Shown here: in pieces, positions 19,637 through 29,274 of the stretch | Position numbering within the stretch: position 1 is the first letter of the stretch | How the letters are laid out: each line of letters starts with the position of its first letter | Assembly (NCBI GenBank): GCA_964383365.1 | Contig: CAYLHF010000003.1 | Span: 64,251 to 128,250 of the forward strand | Direction of reading: 5' to 3' | Length of the DNA: 64,000 nt | Source: an uncultured Rhodothermales bacterium | GTDB taxonomy: Bacteria; Bacteroidota; Rhodothermia; Rhodothermales; UBA10348 | Notes under the pieces: generated by a model | Told to the model about the DNA's origin: nothing | The model's database searches: none | Seen by the model: the letters and a program-made list of their open reading frames with translations, nothing else | Translations under genes and position numbers: made by a program

Positions 19637-20578
19637 ATGAAGCGAGAGAAAGATTACCGCAGGATTGCAATGATCGCCAGTATGATCGTTGCCGTCGTCA
19701 TGCTTATCGGTAAGATATGGGCCGTCTATTTGACGGGGAGTTCTGCCATATTCTCGGACGCTATGGAGTCGGTCGTGCACCTGCTTGCCACGTCCGTTGC
19801 TGCATTCAGCCTGTGGTATTCGCTCCGACCGGCAGATTCGTCTCACCCATACGGGCACGGGAAAGTGGCGTATTTCTCATCCGGTTTCGAAGGCGGGCTG
19901 ATCATGATCGCTGCCTTGTCCATCATCTACACGGCCGTTTGGGATCTTATTGAGGGTCCCCAGGTCGACCAACTGGGGATCGGGATAGTGATTACCGGGA
20001 TTCTTGCCGTGATTAACCTGGTATTGGGGCTTTCACTGATTCGGGTGGGTACCGGGCATAACAGCCTGGTCCTGGTGGCCAACGGAAGGCACGTTCTGAC
20101 GGACATGTGGACCAGTGCCGGGGTGATCATCGGTCTTGTGATGGTCAAGGTGACGTCCATCGTATGGCTGGATCCGGTCGTAGCCATCCTGGTGGCATTC
20201 AATATTATGTGGACGGCGCTGGACCTGGTTCGAAAAGCGGTCAACGGTTTGATGGAGTACGCCGATCCAGGTTTTACGAAGCGTATCGCAGCCATTCTGG
20301 AACGGGCCAGGGATACGGGTACGGTTCTGGGATACCATCAACTCCGTCATCGGAGAATTAATGATCGCGTGTGGGTCGAATACCACCTGTTGTTTCCGGA
20401 CGGCATATCGATCAGCGATGCGCACAATCGGTCTCATCTGGTGGAGGATCAGATCCACGATCTTTTTGAGTCAGATACCGTCACGGTCACCGCACATCTG
20501 GAACCGGAGAGCCACGATGATGCCCACGACGGCCTGGTTCACGAGCCTGGCGATGCTCTCGGTATTACGCATACCTGA
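19637..20578 (+). CDS. cation diffusion facilitator (CDF) family metal efflux transporter
   Basis: Six TM helices with metal-site motifs FSDAMESVVH and HVLTDMWTS, plus a C-terminal cytoplasmic domain. TTG 19622 opens the ORF; ATG 19637 is used. Confidence 0.85.
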   Translation: MKREKDYRRIAMIASMIVAVVMLIGKIWAVYLTGSSAIFSDAMESVVHLLATSVAAFSLWYSLRPADSSHPYGHGKVAYFSSGFEGGLIMIAALSIIYTAVWDLIEGPQVDQLGIGIVITGILAVINLVLGLSLIRVGTGHNSLVLVANGRHVLTDMWTSAGVIIGLVMVKVTSIVWLDPVVAILVAFNIMWTALDLVRKAVNGLMEYADPGFTKRIAAILERARDTGTVLGYHQLRHRRINDRVWVEYHLLFPDGISISDAHNRSHLVEDQIHDLFESDTVTVTAHLEPESHDDAHDGLVHEPGDALGITHT

Positions 20579-20588
20579 GAGGCACACC

Positions 20589-21191
20589 TCAGGCATCCGG
20601 GTATGAGAGCCCCAGATGATTCATCGCATCATTCGGACAGCCGTCCCACGAAGGCCGGGGGGTATTTCCGGAATAGCCCAGGTCGTCTACGCCCATTTTA
20701 CTACTCCAGAATCCGGAGGCCGTTAAATCTCGGAACAGGCTGAAAAATGCCACTCCGGTTTCCAGTCCCGGAGGCGTGCGTTCCGGCCAGGCAATGTCAT
20801 CGATTAATCGCGTCTGCTCTTCAGACGTGGCATCCAGAAAGGTCGATGAAAATCTTTTCGACGACTCATAGTCCAACCACGAGAGTCCTCCTCGAACTCT
20901 CGTTTCGAGCCCGATGGTATCCTCGACGATGAAATCGATGAAGGCGGGGACACCCGCATCGGACGCACTTCCCGACCGATCATCGGCGGGAATAATCATA
21001 TCTGCCAGGAGGATGACCGTCGCGTACTCATGCGGGTTCAATACCGTTGGCTCGAGATTTTTCAACGGCAATGTTCGTGTCGCTGTCTCGACCCGATCGG
21101 CGGCCCGGTTTACGTCAGCCTCGGTACAGCCGGGTAGCGCGGCAGCCAGTGAGGCAACCGCCATCAATTTTAGAGATTCTCGGCGTTTCAT
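20589..21191 (-). CDS. gluconate 2-dehydrogenase subunit 3 family protein (Tat-signal small subunit)
   Basis: Twin-arginine signal MKRRESLKLMAVASLAAALPGC. It lies directly downstream of a GMC flavoprotein, which is the typical pairing. Confidence 0.7.
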   Translation of the reverse strand: MKRRESLKLMAVASLAAALPGCTEADVNRAADRVETATRTLPLKNLEPTVLNPHEYATVILLADMIIPADDRSGSASDAGVPAFIDFIVEDTIGLETRVRGGLSWLDYESSKRFSSTFLDATSEEQTRLIDDIAWPERTPPGLETGVAFFSLFRDLTASGFWSSKMGVDDLGYSGNTPRPSWDGCPNDAMNHLGLSYPDA

Positions 21192-21219
21192 GATCGGGAT
21201 CTGTTATTGCACTGCTGAT

Positions 21220-22953
21220 TCAACTTGCCGACAAATTGCCGCGTTTAACTTCTTCCGCTATAAATTCCGACGTTCTCATCGAGAGCGCGAGGATGGTCCA
21301 TGTCGGATTCTTGTCCGCCTGAGATACAAACGGCCCGGCATCTACGACAAAGAGATTCTTGACATCATGCGCCTGACTGTGGGCATTCAAGACCGACCTT
21401 TTGGGATCATTTCCCATCCGGGTCGTGCCCACCTCATGAATGATTCTACCCGGGTTCAGTATTCCATATCCGCGGTCGGCCCCCGGCATGCTATCGTACG
21501 GTTCACCACCCATCGCATGGATGATTTCTCTGCCAGTCTCCTGGAAATGTTTGATCTGAAGGAGTTCGTCGTCGCTCCATTCTACATGAAAGCGGAGTAC
21601 CGGTATACCGTATTTATCGACAACATGTGGATCGATTTCACAGAAGTTCGACCGCCTGGCTATCATTTCTCCTCGACCTGAAAAGCCTACGGACGTTCCC
21701 CATAGTCGACGATAATCGTCTTTCAACTGGAGTCCATAGCCTCCACCACCCCGGGAGCGGTCTCCTCCGCTCAATTCTCCGTTGATCCTCTCGATTCGTC
21801 CGCCGAAACCATATCCGGGCATGCCTCGGCCGCCCCATATCTCCATGTGGTATCCCCTGGCAAATGGCAGTTTCTTTCGGTTTAGCCACCACGGAACGTA
21901 TACGTGCATGCCGCCGACGCCGTCCTCATTGTGGACCGGCATATCGACAAGATCCGGAATGAACCCCATGACATCCGACCCGGTAGAATCCATCAGATAG
22001 CGACCCACGGTATCGGAGGAGTTGCCGATTCCGTTTGGATGTCGCGAGGATCTGGAGTTCAGCATCAGGCGGGCTGACTCACAGGCACTGGCCGCCAGAA
22101 CAACTATTTTAGCGCGTACCTGATGTTCTTCTCGCGTGAGCGTATGAACCCAGGAGACTCCCGTCGCCTGACCTTCCGAATCGGTCAGGACCTCACGTAC
22201 CATCGCATTCGGAATTATTTCGAGATTTCCGGTCTTCAGCGCAGGAGGGAGGAGGACGGATTGGGACGAAAAATTGGATCGCGTCGAACACCCTCTGTTG
22301 CACTGTCCGCAGTAGTGGCAGGCCGGTCTTCCGTTAAGATTTTGTGTCAGAATCGACAACCGGGCCGGGATACACGGAACATTAATTTTCTCACAGGCCT
22401 TCTGTGCCAGCATTTCGTAACATCGGGGCCTTGGCGGGGGTAGAAAAATGCCGTCAGGTTCATTGTAGATGCCCTCCACTGATCCGAAAACACCAATTAA
22501 CCGATCCACGCGGTCGTAATAGGGTTTGATTTCATCGTACGAGATCGGCCAATCGTCTCCCTGACCATCCAGAGATCGGCGTTTGAAATCGTCCGGACCG
22601 AATCGGAGCGAAATCCTGCCCCAATGGTGGGTCCTTCCTCCGACCATCCGGGCTCGCCACCAGTCCCATTTCGTGGAACCTGACGTGGTGTACGGCTCGC
22701 CATCAATTTTCCAGCCTCCGATACACGCGTCGAACTCGCCGAATGGACGCTCGGGTGTCCCTTTCCCACGTCGTGGTGACTCGTAGTTCCAAGTCAGCAT
22801 ATTCCCGTCTCTGGCCGCATCCCAATCCTGTCCGGCCTCCAGAAGAATTACTTTCGCCCCGGCCTCCGAGAGTACTTTCGCGGCCATCCCTCCACCCGCT
22901 CCCGAGCCCACGATGCAGACGTCATAAACGCGGGGAGTCTGAATAGAGGCCAT
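21220..22953 (-). CDS. GMC family FAD-dependent oxidoreductase (large subunit)
   Basis: FAD-binding motif DVCIVGSGAGGGMAAKVLSEAGAKVILLEAG and GMC C-terminal motif IIHEVGTTRMG. The ORF opens at 23040; ATG 22953 is used. Confidence 0.85.
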   Translation of the reverse strand: MASIQTPRVYDVCIVGSGAGGGMAAKVLSEAGAKVILLEAGQDWDAARDGNMLTWNYESPRRGKGTPERPFGEFDACIGGWKIDGEPYTTSGSTKWDWWRARMVGGRTHHWGRISLRFGPDDFKRRSLDGQGDDWPISYDEIKPYYDRVDRLIGVFGSVEGIYNEPDGIFLPPPRPRCYEMLAQKACEKINVPCIPARLSILTQNLNGRPACHYCGQCNRGCSTRSNFSSQSVLLPPALKTGNLEIIPNAMVREVLTDSEGQATGVSWVHTLTREEHQVRAKIVVLAASACESARLMLNSRSSRHPNGIGNSSDTVGRYLMDSTGSDVMGFIPDLVDMPVHNEDGVGGMHVYVPWWLNRKKLPFARGYHMEIWGGRGMPGYGFGGRIERINGELSGGDRSRGGGGYGLQLKDDYRRLWGTSVGFSGRGEMIARRSNFCEIDPHVVDKYGIPVLRFHVEWSDDELLQIKHFQETGREIIHAMGGEPYDSMPGADRGYGILNPGRIIHEVGTTRMGNDPKRSVLNAHSQAHDVKNLFVVDAGPFVSQADKNPTWTILALSMRTSEFIAEEVKRGNLSAS

Positions 22954-23125
22954 AATCTGCTGTTCAAGATTTGGTGGGGGAAGCCCGATTTGTTTGCGCA
23001 AATATAGTGTCCACAAGGAAAGCATAAACAAAATATTCACGCATCGATTTCGTTTATCCTGAAACCGATGGATCTTCGGATCCCGGAGGTTTTGTCAATG
23101 CGACAGTCGGCCGTAGTTTGTCGGT

Positions 23126-24520
23126 ATGATGAGCCAACGAATCGCAGTAATCGGGGGAGTAGCAGCCGGTCCCGCAGCGGCAGCCTCAGCAAGACGAACG
23201 GATCCCGAAGCGGAGATTGTTTTATTCGAAGCCGGATCTGATATCTCCTATTCTGCATGCGAAATGCCGTACTATCTGTCCGGTCTGGTCGATACCGTCG
23301 ATGATCTCGTGCGCTACACTCCCGACAGGTTCAGGCGCGAACGTCTTGTCGACGTTCGTGTACTCTCGGCCGTCTCCAGCATCGATCCTCGAAAAGGAAT
23401 CATCGAGTATGAGGACTCGGTCAGCGGCCATCTACAGTCTGAACCCTTCGACAAGTTCATTCTGGCGACGGGAGCGCGGGCTGCCATGCCCGTCGAACCC
23501 TCCGTGGGTTGTGACAACGTATTTGCGCTTCGAACCCTGGACGATGGGAAAGCCATGCACGAGTTCCTGGAATCGACCACGGTGCACCATGCGGTTGTTG
23601 TTGGCGCGGGGTTCGTAGGACTCGAAGTTGCCGAGGCCCTCAATATCCGTGGCATCAGAGTCACTTTACTCGAGCCTGGGACCGGCCCATTACATACGAG
23701 TCTGGATGAAAAATACTCGGCCATGGTCGCGCAGATTCTTGCGGACCGGGGAATCAGCGTACGCCGAGAGGGGTTGACGTCGTTTGTGAAGGGGACGGGT
23801 GGAAATGTGTCGGCCGTCGTCACCACGGCTGGGGAGCACGTAGGGTGCCAGATGGTGGCGATGTGTACGGGGACCATTCCGGTAACAGCGTTGGCGACAG
23901 CCTGCGGTGTAAAATTGGGAAGGACTGGTGGAATCAGAACGGATGCCAGGATGAGAACCAATTTGCCTAATGTATGGGCGTGCGGGGATTGTACAGAAAT
24001 TCTCAGTAAGTCTGACGGGAGGCCGGTCCTGTCTAAACTCTCTCTGACTGCGTTTCGTACGGGTCGAGTGGCGGGTATCAATGCGGCCCGGCGGGGAAGC
24101 GCGAGTCCGGCCCGGTTTGAGGGCGTGATCGAGGCGCAGGCGCTGCGATTGTTTGATTTCGAGATTGCCTGCGCCGGATTGTCGCTCTTACAGGCGAAGA
24201 CGGCCGGTTATAACGCGACGAGTATTTCCGTCAGACACGTGACCGGTAGCAGACACCTTTTGCCGGAGAACGATATCAGTGTACGTCTTGTCTTCGATGT
24301 TTCGACCGGACGACTGTACGGCGGGCAATTGATCGGACGGACCGGGACTGCACAGAGAGCGAACGTACTCGTTGCTCTTCTCCGAGAAAAACAGGACGTT
24401 GCTGCGCTCTACGATCTGGATATGATCTATGCTCCGCCGTTCTCTCCACGACTGGATCCGCTTTTGGTTGCGGCCCGAAAAGCGATTCACGTTGTCAAAC
24501 AGAGTCGAGATCATGTCTGA
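23126..24520 (+). CDS. CoA-disulfide reductase / NADH oxidase family pyridine nucleotide-disulfide oxidoreductase
   Basis: IAVIGGVAAGPAAAASARR (FAD-binding), a single redox Cys in SYSACEMPYY, and a second Rossmann motif AVVVGAGFVGLEVAE. Confidence 0.8.
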   Translation: MMSQRIAVIGGVAAGPAAAASARRTDPEAEIVLFEAGSDISYSACEMPYYLSGLVDTVDDLVRYTPDRFRRERLVDVRVLSAVSSIDPRKGIIEYEDSVSGHLQSEPFDKFILATGARAAMPVEPSVGCDNVFALRTLDDGKAMHEFLESTTVHHAVVVGAGFVGLEVAEALNIRGIRVTLLEPGTGPLHTSLDEKYSAMVAQILADRGISVRREGLTSFVKGTGGNVSAVVTTAGEHVGCQMVAMCTGTIPVTALATACGVKLGRTGGIRTDARMRTNLPNVWACGDCTEILSKSDGRPVLSKLSLTAFRTGRVAGINAARRGSASPARFEGVIEAQALRLFDFEIACAGLSLLQAKTAGYNATSISVRHVTGSRHLLPENDISVRLVFDVSTGRLYGGQLIGRTGTAQRANVLVALLREKQDVAALYDLDMIYAPPFSPRLDPLLVAARKAIHVVKQSRDHV

Positions 24521-24834
24521 ATCCGTCGTTTTCGAGAATCCTCCACATGTTACCTGGTCTGATATCGTTGAAAATGGGCACGTTCCCGGATTACTGCATT
24601 CTGTTCGATTCGTTCACCACGGAAAAAGAAGATCTTGAACGTTGATACGGGCGAATTATATGCGAAAGGAGAGATGTTTTTGGTCTTGCTGAACGCCAGC
24701 ACAGGCCGGCTGATGACAATTCCACAGGCTATTATTTTGCAGTTCCAACGGGATTAGCAGTACAATAGCATCCGTGGGATAACCTGTCGTCGCGTCCAGT
24801 CCGGATATTATTTGAACTATTCATAACCTGTTTC

Positions 24835-26154
24835 TTGAATAATCCGTCAGTCAGTGCCCTTCGAATCGACGCCGTTCGGGAGTTGCAACGGGTGGAACAG
24901 GAAGGTTCGTTTGTAGGATTGTCTCGAAACAAGACGTTCGGTCTCGAACACGAAAGACGACTTACCGATATAGTATCCGGAGTTACCCGGCTGAGGCGAA
25001 AACTCGACTTCATCATTGACACCTTTTATCGGAGCAAATCTTCCTCTATGGAATCTCGTGTCCGCATTATTCTCCGGATCGGGATCTATGAACTGCTCGA
25101 AACAGGAACACCCGCGCACGCGGCGATCAACGAATGTGTAAAGACGGCACACAGTATGGTCGGACACCGGGTTACGGGACTGGTCAACGCCGTACTTCGA
25201 ACCGTCGATAGATCCCGCGATTCGCTTGTCCGACCAACGACGGGAGATGACGCAGATGACCTGGCGGTTTGGTATTCGCACCCGACGTGGATGGTCAGGA
25301 GATGGTTGAAGCGATACGGGCAAACGGATACCGTCAAGTTGCTCATTCATAACAACTCACGGCCTGTTTTCGGCATTCGAGTGCGTGTCGGATCGGTAAA
25401 GAGTCTGGTCTCCCGGTTCGCTACAATGGGTGTAGATGCCACTGAATCTGAGTACCTGAATTCGTTTATCCGAGTTGATCGGATGCGCGAAATAATCCGA
25501 TCCGGGCTGGTTGGATTGGGTTCGGTATTGGTACAGGATGAAGGCGCGGGGCTGGTGGTCGAATTGCTGGATCCAAGTCCCGGCCAAAAAATATTGGACG
25601 CATGCGCTGCGCCGGGCGGAAAGACATTCGCGATCGCTGACCGGGTGACCCTCACGGGTAGAGTCGATGCCATGGATGCTCACGCGGGGAGGCTGTCGAG
25701 ACTTCAGAAAATGGCGGCAACCCTTCGTCTGGAGAACGTTCACGCCATTCACGCCGATCTCAGAACATACGAGGGGACAGCACGCTACGACAGCGTTCTG
25801 CTTGATGTACCGTGCTCCGGACTCGGAGTTCTGGCTAAACGGTCGGATATGAGATGGAAGCGGACCGAGAAGGATATCGAAAACCTCACGAAGCTTCAGG
25901 ATTCCCTGCTGGATGCGGCAGTCGGCAAGGTCAAGCGCGGCGGACTCCTCGTATACAGCACCTGTACGCTGGAGCCAGAGGAAAATGAACATCGTATAGA
26001 TGCATTTCTCAAACGACAGAGCAGTTTTCGTCTCGAACCAGCCGTTTCCGGAATTCCTGGTTCAATGATCGACGGTCGGGGAATGTATTCGAGTTTACCC
26101 TTTCGGGACGGAATCGATGGGGCATTTGCTGCCCGCCTCCGAAAAACGGTATGA
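24835..26154 (+). CDS. rsmB: 16S rRNA (cytosine-C5)-methyltransferase RsmB
   Basis: NusB-like N-terminal domain, SAM motif DACAAPGGKT, and catalytic Cys motifs DVPCSGLGV and YSTCTLEPEENE. The TTG start is uncertain. Confidence 0.85.
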   Translation: MNNPSVSALRIDAVRELQRVEQEGSFVGLSRNKTFGLEHERRLTDIVSGVTRLRRKLDFIIDTFYRSKSSSMESRVRIILRIGIYELLETGTPAHAAINECVKTAHSMVGHRVTGLVNAVLRTVDRSRDSLVRPTTGDDADDLAVWYSHPTWMVRRWLKRYGQTDTVKLLIHNNSRPVFGIRVRVGSVKSLVSRFATMGVDATESEYLNSFIRVDRMREIIRSGLVGLGSVLVQDEGAGLVVELLDPSPGQKILDACAAPGGKTFAIADRVTLTGRVDAMDAHAGRLSRLQKMAATLRLENVHAIHADLRTYEGTARYDSVLLDVPCSGLGVLAKRSDMRWKRTEKDIENLTKLQDSLLDAAVGKVKRGGLLVYSTCTLEPEENEHRIDAFLKRQSSFRLEPAVSGIPGSMIDGRGMYSSLPFRDGIDGAFAARLRKTV

Positions 26155-26259
26155 CGGAGAGGGTAGATACGCAGGAATGGAGAAACCTAGAAGATAGTCT
26201 GGCATTCGTACTCTGGTCTGTCCGGGCGTCGTCATTCAGAGCGAATTTGTAACGGAATA

Positions 26260-27381
26260 ATGCATATCAAACGGTTTCCTGTAGATGTCCGCCGACCAAT
26301 CGGCAACGGGATCGTTTTTGTGCTGCTTCTCTTTTTTGCTGCGGGACCGTCCCTCGGTCAGCGAGTCGCCAAATACGGTGCAGACTTCCTGGCAGGTGGC
26401 GTGGGTGCGCGAGCGCTGGGAATGGGAGGTGCCTTTGTTGCCCTTGCTGAGGATGGAAGCGCGGGATACTGGAATCCTGCAGGTCTCGAGGGGCTCGAAC
26501 ATCCGGCGATTTCGTACATGCACGCCGAACGATTTTCCGGTGTCGTATCCTTTGATTACGCTGGCGTCGCGTGGCCGCTTACAAATCGTTCGACGTTTAG
26601 CCTGTCTTTCTATCGGAGTGGTGTCAATGACATCAAGAACACGTTGGATGCGTGGGATGCGGTAAGAGATCAACCGAAGCCCGATCCGGATCAGTTTATT
26701 ACGTCGTTTTCTGCAGCGGATTGGGCATTTTACTTCGGTTATGGAAGAACCATCAGTCAAAAGTTCCGCATTGGAATGACCGGAAAAATTATTCGCCGGA
26801 CGATCGGAGATTTTGCCGACGCCTGGGGATACAGCTTCGATATTGGAATGCAATACCGGAGTGGACCACTCAAATTGGGTGCCACCGTGCAGGATGTTTC
26901 TACGATGCTCCAGAGTTGGACGGTCAACAGTTCGTCTCTTCAGAATCTGAAGGACGTATTCGGGGATGATTTACCGGAAGGGGGTACCGAAATTGTACTT
27001 CCGGTCATTCGGCTGGGCTCAGGCTATGAGATTGTCTATCCAGATTCGCGACTTCAGCTCGCTTTTGACGTGGATATAGCCTTCGACGGTCAGCAGGGTA
27101 ATGCGATCAGCGTGGGAAAGTCGTCCTATCACCCTCGCGTCGGTGCTGAATATTCCTATCACGATGCATTCGCTCTTCGGGCCGGACTGAGCAGGATACA
27201 AAAGACCGACCGGGAGGGATGGGATATCACGCCTACCATTGGGGCAGGTTTCTCTTTGAGTAAGGTACAGTTTGATTACGGATTCGGTGATTTTGCAGGC
27301 CTGGTTTCTGATCTTGGATACTCACACCGCCTATCTGTACAACTCCTTTTGTCCACTTCCAGACCCGATCCCACGGACTAG
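26260..27381 (+). CDS. PorV/PorQ-family outer membrane beta-barrel protein
   Basis: Signal peptide, then the N-terminal motif GADFLAGGVGARALGMGGAFVALAEDGSAGYWNPAGL, then alternating beta-strand pattern through to the C-terminus. Confidence 0.6.
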   Translation: MHIKRFPVDVRRPIGNGIVFVLLLFFAAGPSLGQRVAKYGADFLAGGVGARALGMGGAFVALAEDGSAGYWNPAGLEGLEHPAISYMHAERFSGVVSFDYAGVAWPLTNRSTFSLSFYRSGVNDIKNTLDAWDAVRDQPKPDPDQFITSFSAADWAFYFGYGRTISQKFRIGMTGKIIRRTIGDFADAWGYSFDIGMQYRSGPLKLGATVQDVSTMLQSWTVNSSSLQNLKDVFGDDLPEGGTEIVLPVIRLGSGYEIVYPDSRLQLAFDVDIAFDGQQGNAISVGKSSYHPRVGAEYSYHDAFALRAGLSRIQKTDREGWDITPTIGAGFSLSKVQFDYGFGDFAGLVSDLGYSHRLSVQLLLSTSRPDPTD

Positions 27382-27487
27382 ATCTATTTGTCCCTGCTCT
27401 TTCGTCGGTCACGCTACTGAATATCGGGTGTCGTAAGTTAGCCGTGATTTCCGATCAAGTCCTCTGAACTCGTTCGTTCCGGAATTC

Positions 27488-28462
27488 GTGGACAGTACGC
27501 TGCAGTCAAGAAAAACCGTCTCACTCGTCATTCCGCTCTATAATGAAGCGGAAATGATTCCTTCGTTGGTCCGGGAGATCGAGTCGTACCGGATCGAGCG
27601 ACCGGAGATCTGTGGTGTTCTCCTCGTTGACGATGGAAGTACCGATGGAACGGGCAGGCTGGTTCGCTCCGAGACCAACCACCTGGATGGCTATATGCTT
27701 GTCTCATTCTCCAGAAATTTCGGTCATCAACTGGCCGTGACAGCCGGTCTATCGGTTGTGGATTGCGACGCCGCAGTAATTCTCGATGCCGACCTCCAGG
27801 ATCCGCTCTCCGTTGTCGGCGAAATGATTGATCGATGGCACGACGGTTTCGACGTCGTATACGGTATACGAAGGTCCCGGACGGGCGTCAGTGCGATCGA
27901 ACGCCTCACGGCCAGCGTGTACTACCGGCTGTTTAAGCGATTTTCCGATGTCGATGCACCTCTCGATACGGGTGATTTTCGTCTGATTTCGAGAGCGGTA
28001 ATCGAGGCGTATCGGCAACTCGAAGAACAGCAGCCGTATGTCCGTGGACTCGTCACCTGGTTGGGCTTTAATCAGGATGGGGTCGAATACGATCGCGTTC
28101 CGAGGCGGGCAGGTACGAGCAAATATCATTGGGGGAAACGCATCCAACTTGCGCTCGACGGGATCGCCTCCTTTTCCGGAAAGCCGCTTCGTTATGCCGT
28201 TCGAGTCGGCCTGGGTATTTCTGCCCTTTCGGTAGTCGGGCTATTCTGGGTACTCATCGTGAAGTACGTACTCGGCACGGCCATTACCGGATGGGCATCG
28301 CTGATTTTTGTCGGTTTCTTTTTCGGAGGGCTCCAATTGTTTTTTACCGGGGTTGTCGGCTCGTATATCGCACGCGTTTATGAAGAGGTGAAGGGACGTC
28401 CTCGATATATAATTCAATCCACCTGGAAATCCGAGGGAGCATTCGGACGGAGTTCGGGTTAA
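27488..28462 (+). CDS. family 2 glycosyltransferase, polyprenyl-phosphate sugar synthase type (GtrB/ArnC/DPM1-like)
   Basis: VSLVIPLYNEAEMI, DDGSTDGT, ILDADLQDP, and two C-terminal TM helices. GTG start. Confidence 0.85.
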   Translation: MDSTLQSRKTVSLVIPLYNEAEMIPSLVREIESYRIERPEICGVLLVDDGSTDGTGRLVRSETNHLDGYMLVSFSRNFGHQLAVTAGLSVVDCDAAVILDADLQDPLSVVGEMIDRWHDGFDVVYGIRRSRTGVSAIERLTASVYYRLFKRFSDVDAPLDTGDFRLISRAVIEAYRQLEEQQPYVRGLVTWLGFNQDGVEYDRVPRRAGTSKYHWGKRIQLALDGIASFSGKPLRYAVRVGLGISALSVVGLFWVLIVKYVLGTAITGWASLIFVGFFFGGLQLFFTGVVGSYIARVYEEVKGRPRYIIQSTWKSEGAFGRSSG

Positions 28463-28516
28463 ACCGGCGATTTTGCCGCAGACAGTTGGGCTTCATAATC
28501 TGAAGTGGAGATTTGA

Positions 28517-29269
28517 ATGAAACGAGATGACTGGTTTGGTATCGGCTGGAGCGTAGCCATCCACCTGGTTCTGCTCGTCGTGTTCTCAGTGATGAGTGTA
28601 GCGGCTTCAGAAAAAATCCCTGTCGGGTTCATGGAAGTCGATTTCGGTCCGCTGGCAGAAACGCGTCCTGCGGAAGTGATACCCGAGTCTCGTCCGTCGC
28701 TACCGGCAGCAGTCGAGAAAGAAACGGTTCCTGAATCCACGGTACAGGATTCAGATTCCCCCGACGTCGATACCGACGTTGATCTACCGGATCAGCCAGA
28801 TCCCAATCCGGAAGATGACGTGATTCCCACGCCGGAAGACGCGGCCGTACGTCCAGAAATCAAGACCCAGGAAACGACCGATTCGTCGCAACCGGGTCCG
28901 GTCGAAGAGACCGTGCGACCTCTGGGAAGTGGTGCCATCGAGGAGGGCGACACGCCGGATCCGGTTGTCACCGGAACGGGGCAGCAGGACACAACGACGG
29001 CTCCCTATCAGATTGAAGGACTCAATCGGGCTCCGATCGATACGCCGATGCCTGTCTATTCTGCGCAGGTGAACGCAACCATTCGGGTCCGCATCACCGT
29101 CGGTGCGTCGGGACGAATCATTCGTCGTGTACCGTTACTGAAGGGCGATCCTCGTCTGGAAAAAGCGGTAATGGACGCCCTGTTAAGGTGGCGGTTCAAT
29201 CCGCTCCCGGCAGATGCCCCACAGACGACACAGACGGGGTCAGTCACATTTCGCTTTCGACTCCGATAA
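28517..29269 (+). CDS. TonB family energy transducer
   Basis: N-terminal TM anchor WSVAIHLVLLVVFSVM, a Pro/Asp/Glu-rich spacer, and a C-terminal TonB_C-like domain (IRVRITVGASGRIIRRVPLLKGDPRLEKAVMDALLRWRFNPL). Confidence 0.75.
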   Translation: MKRDDWFGIGWSVAIHLVLLVVFSVMSVAASEKIPVGFMEVDFGPLAETRPAEVIPESRPSLPAAVEKETVPESTVQDSDSPDVDTDVDLPDQPDPNPEDDVIPTPEDAAVRPEIKTQETTDSSQPGPVEETVRPLGSGAIEEGDTPDPVVTGTGQQDTTTAPYQIEGLNRAPIDTPMPVYSAQVNATIRVRITVGASGRIIRRVPLLKGDPRLEKAVMDALLRWRFNPLPADAPQTTQTGSVTFRFRLR

Positions 29270-29274
29270 TCGAG

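Noticed and set aside
20914-21681. A 255-aa plus-strand ORF crosses the junction of the two dehydrogenase subunit genes. Similar long antisense or alternate-frame ORFs occur at 23314-24081, 25357-25992, 26236-26853, 39818-40501, 41493-42230, 47171-47788, 53793-54401 and 59224-59841.
   Set aside because: Each lies entirely opposite, or out of frame with, a gene that has strong family motifs. Their translations are Arg/Ser/Gly-rich with no recognisable motifs. This is typical of shadow ORFs produced by codon bias.
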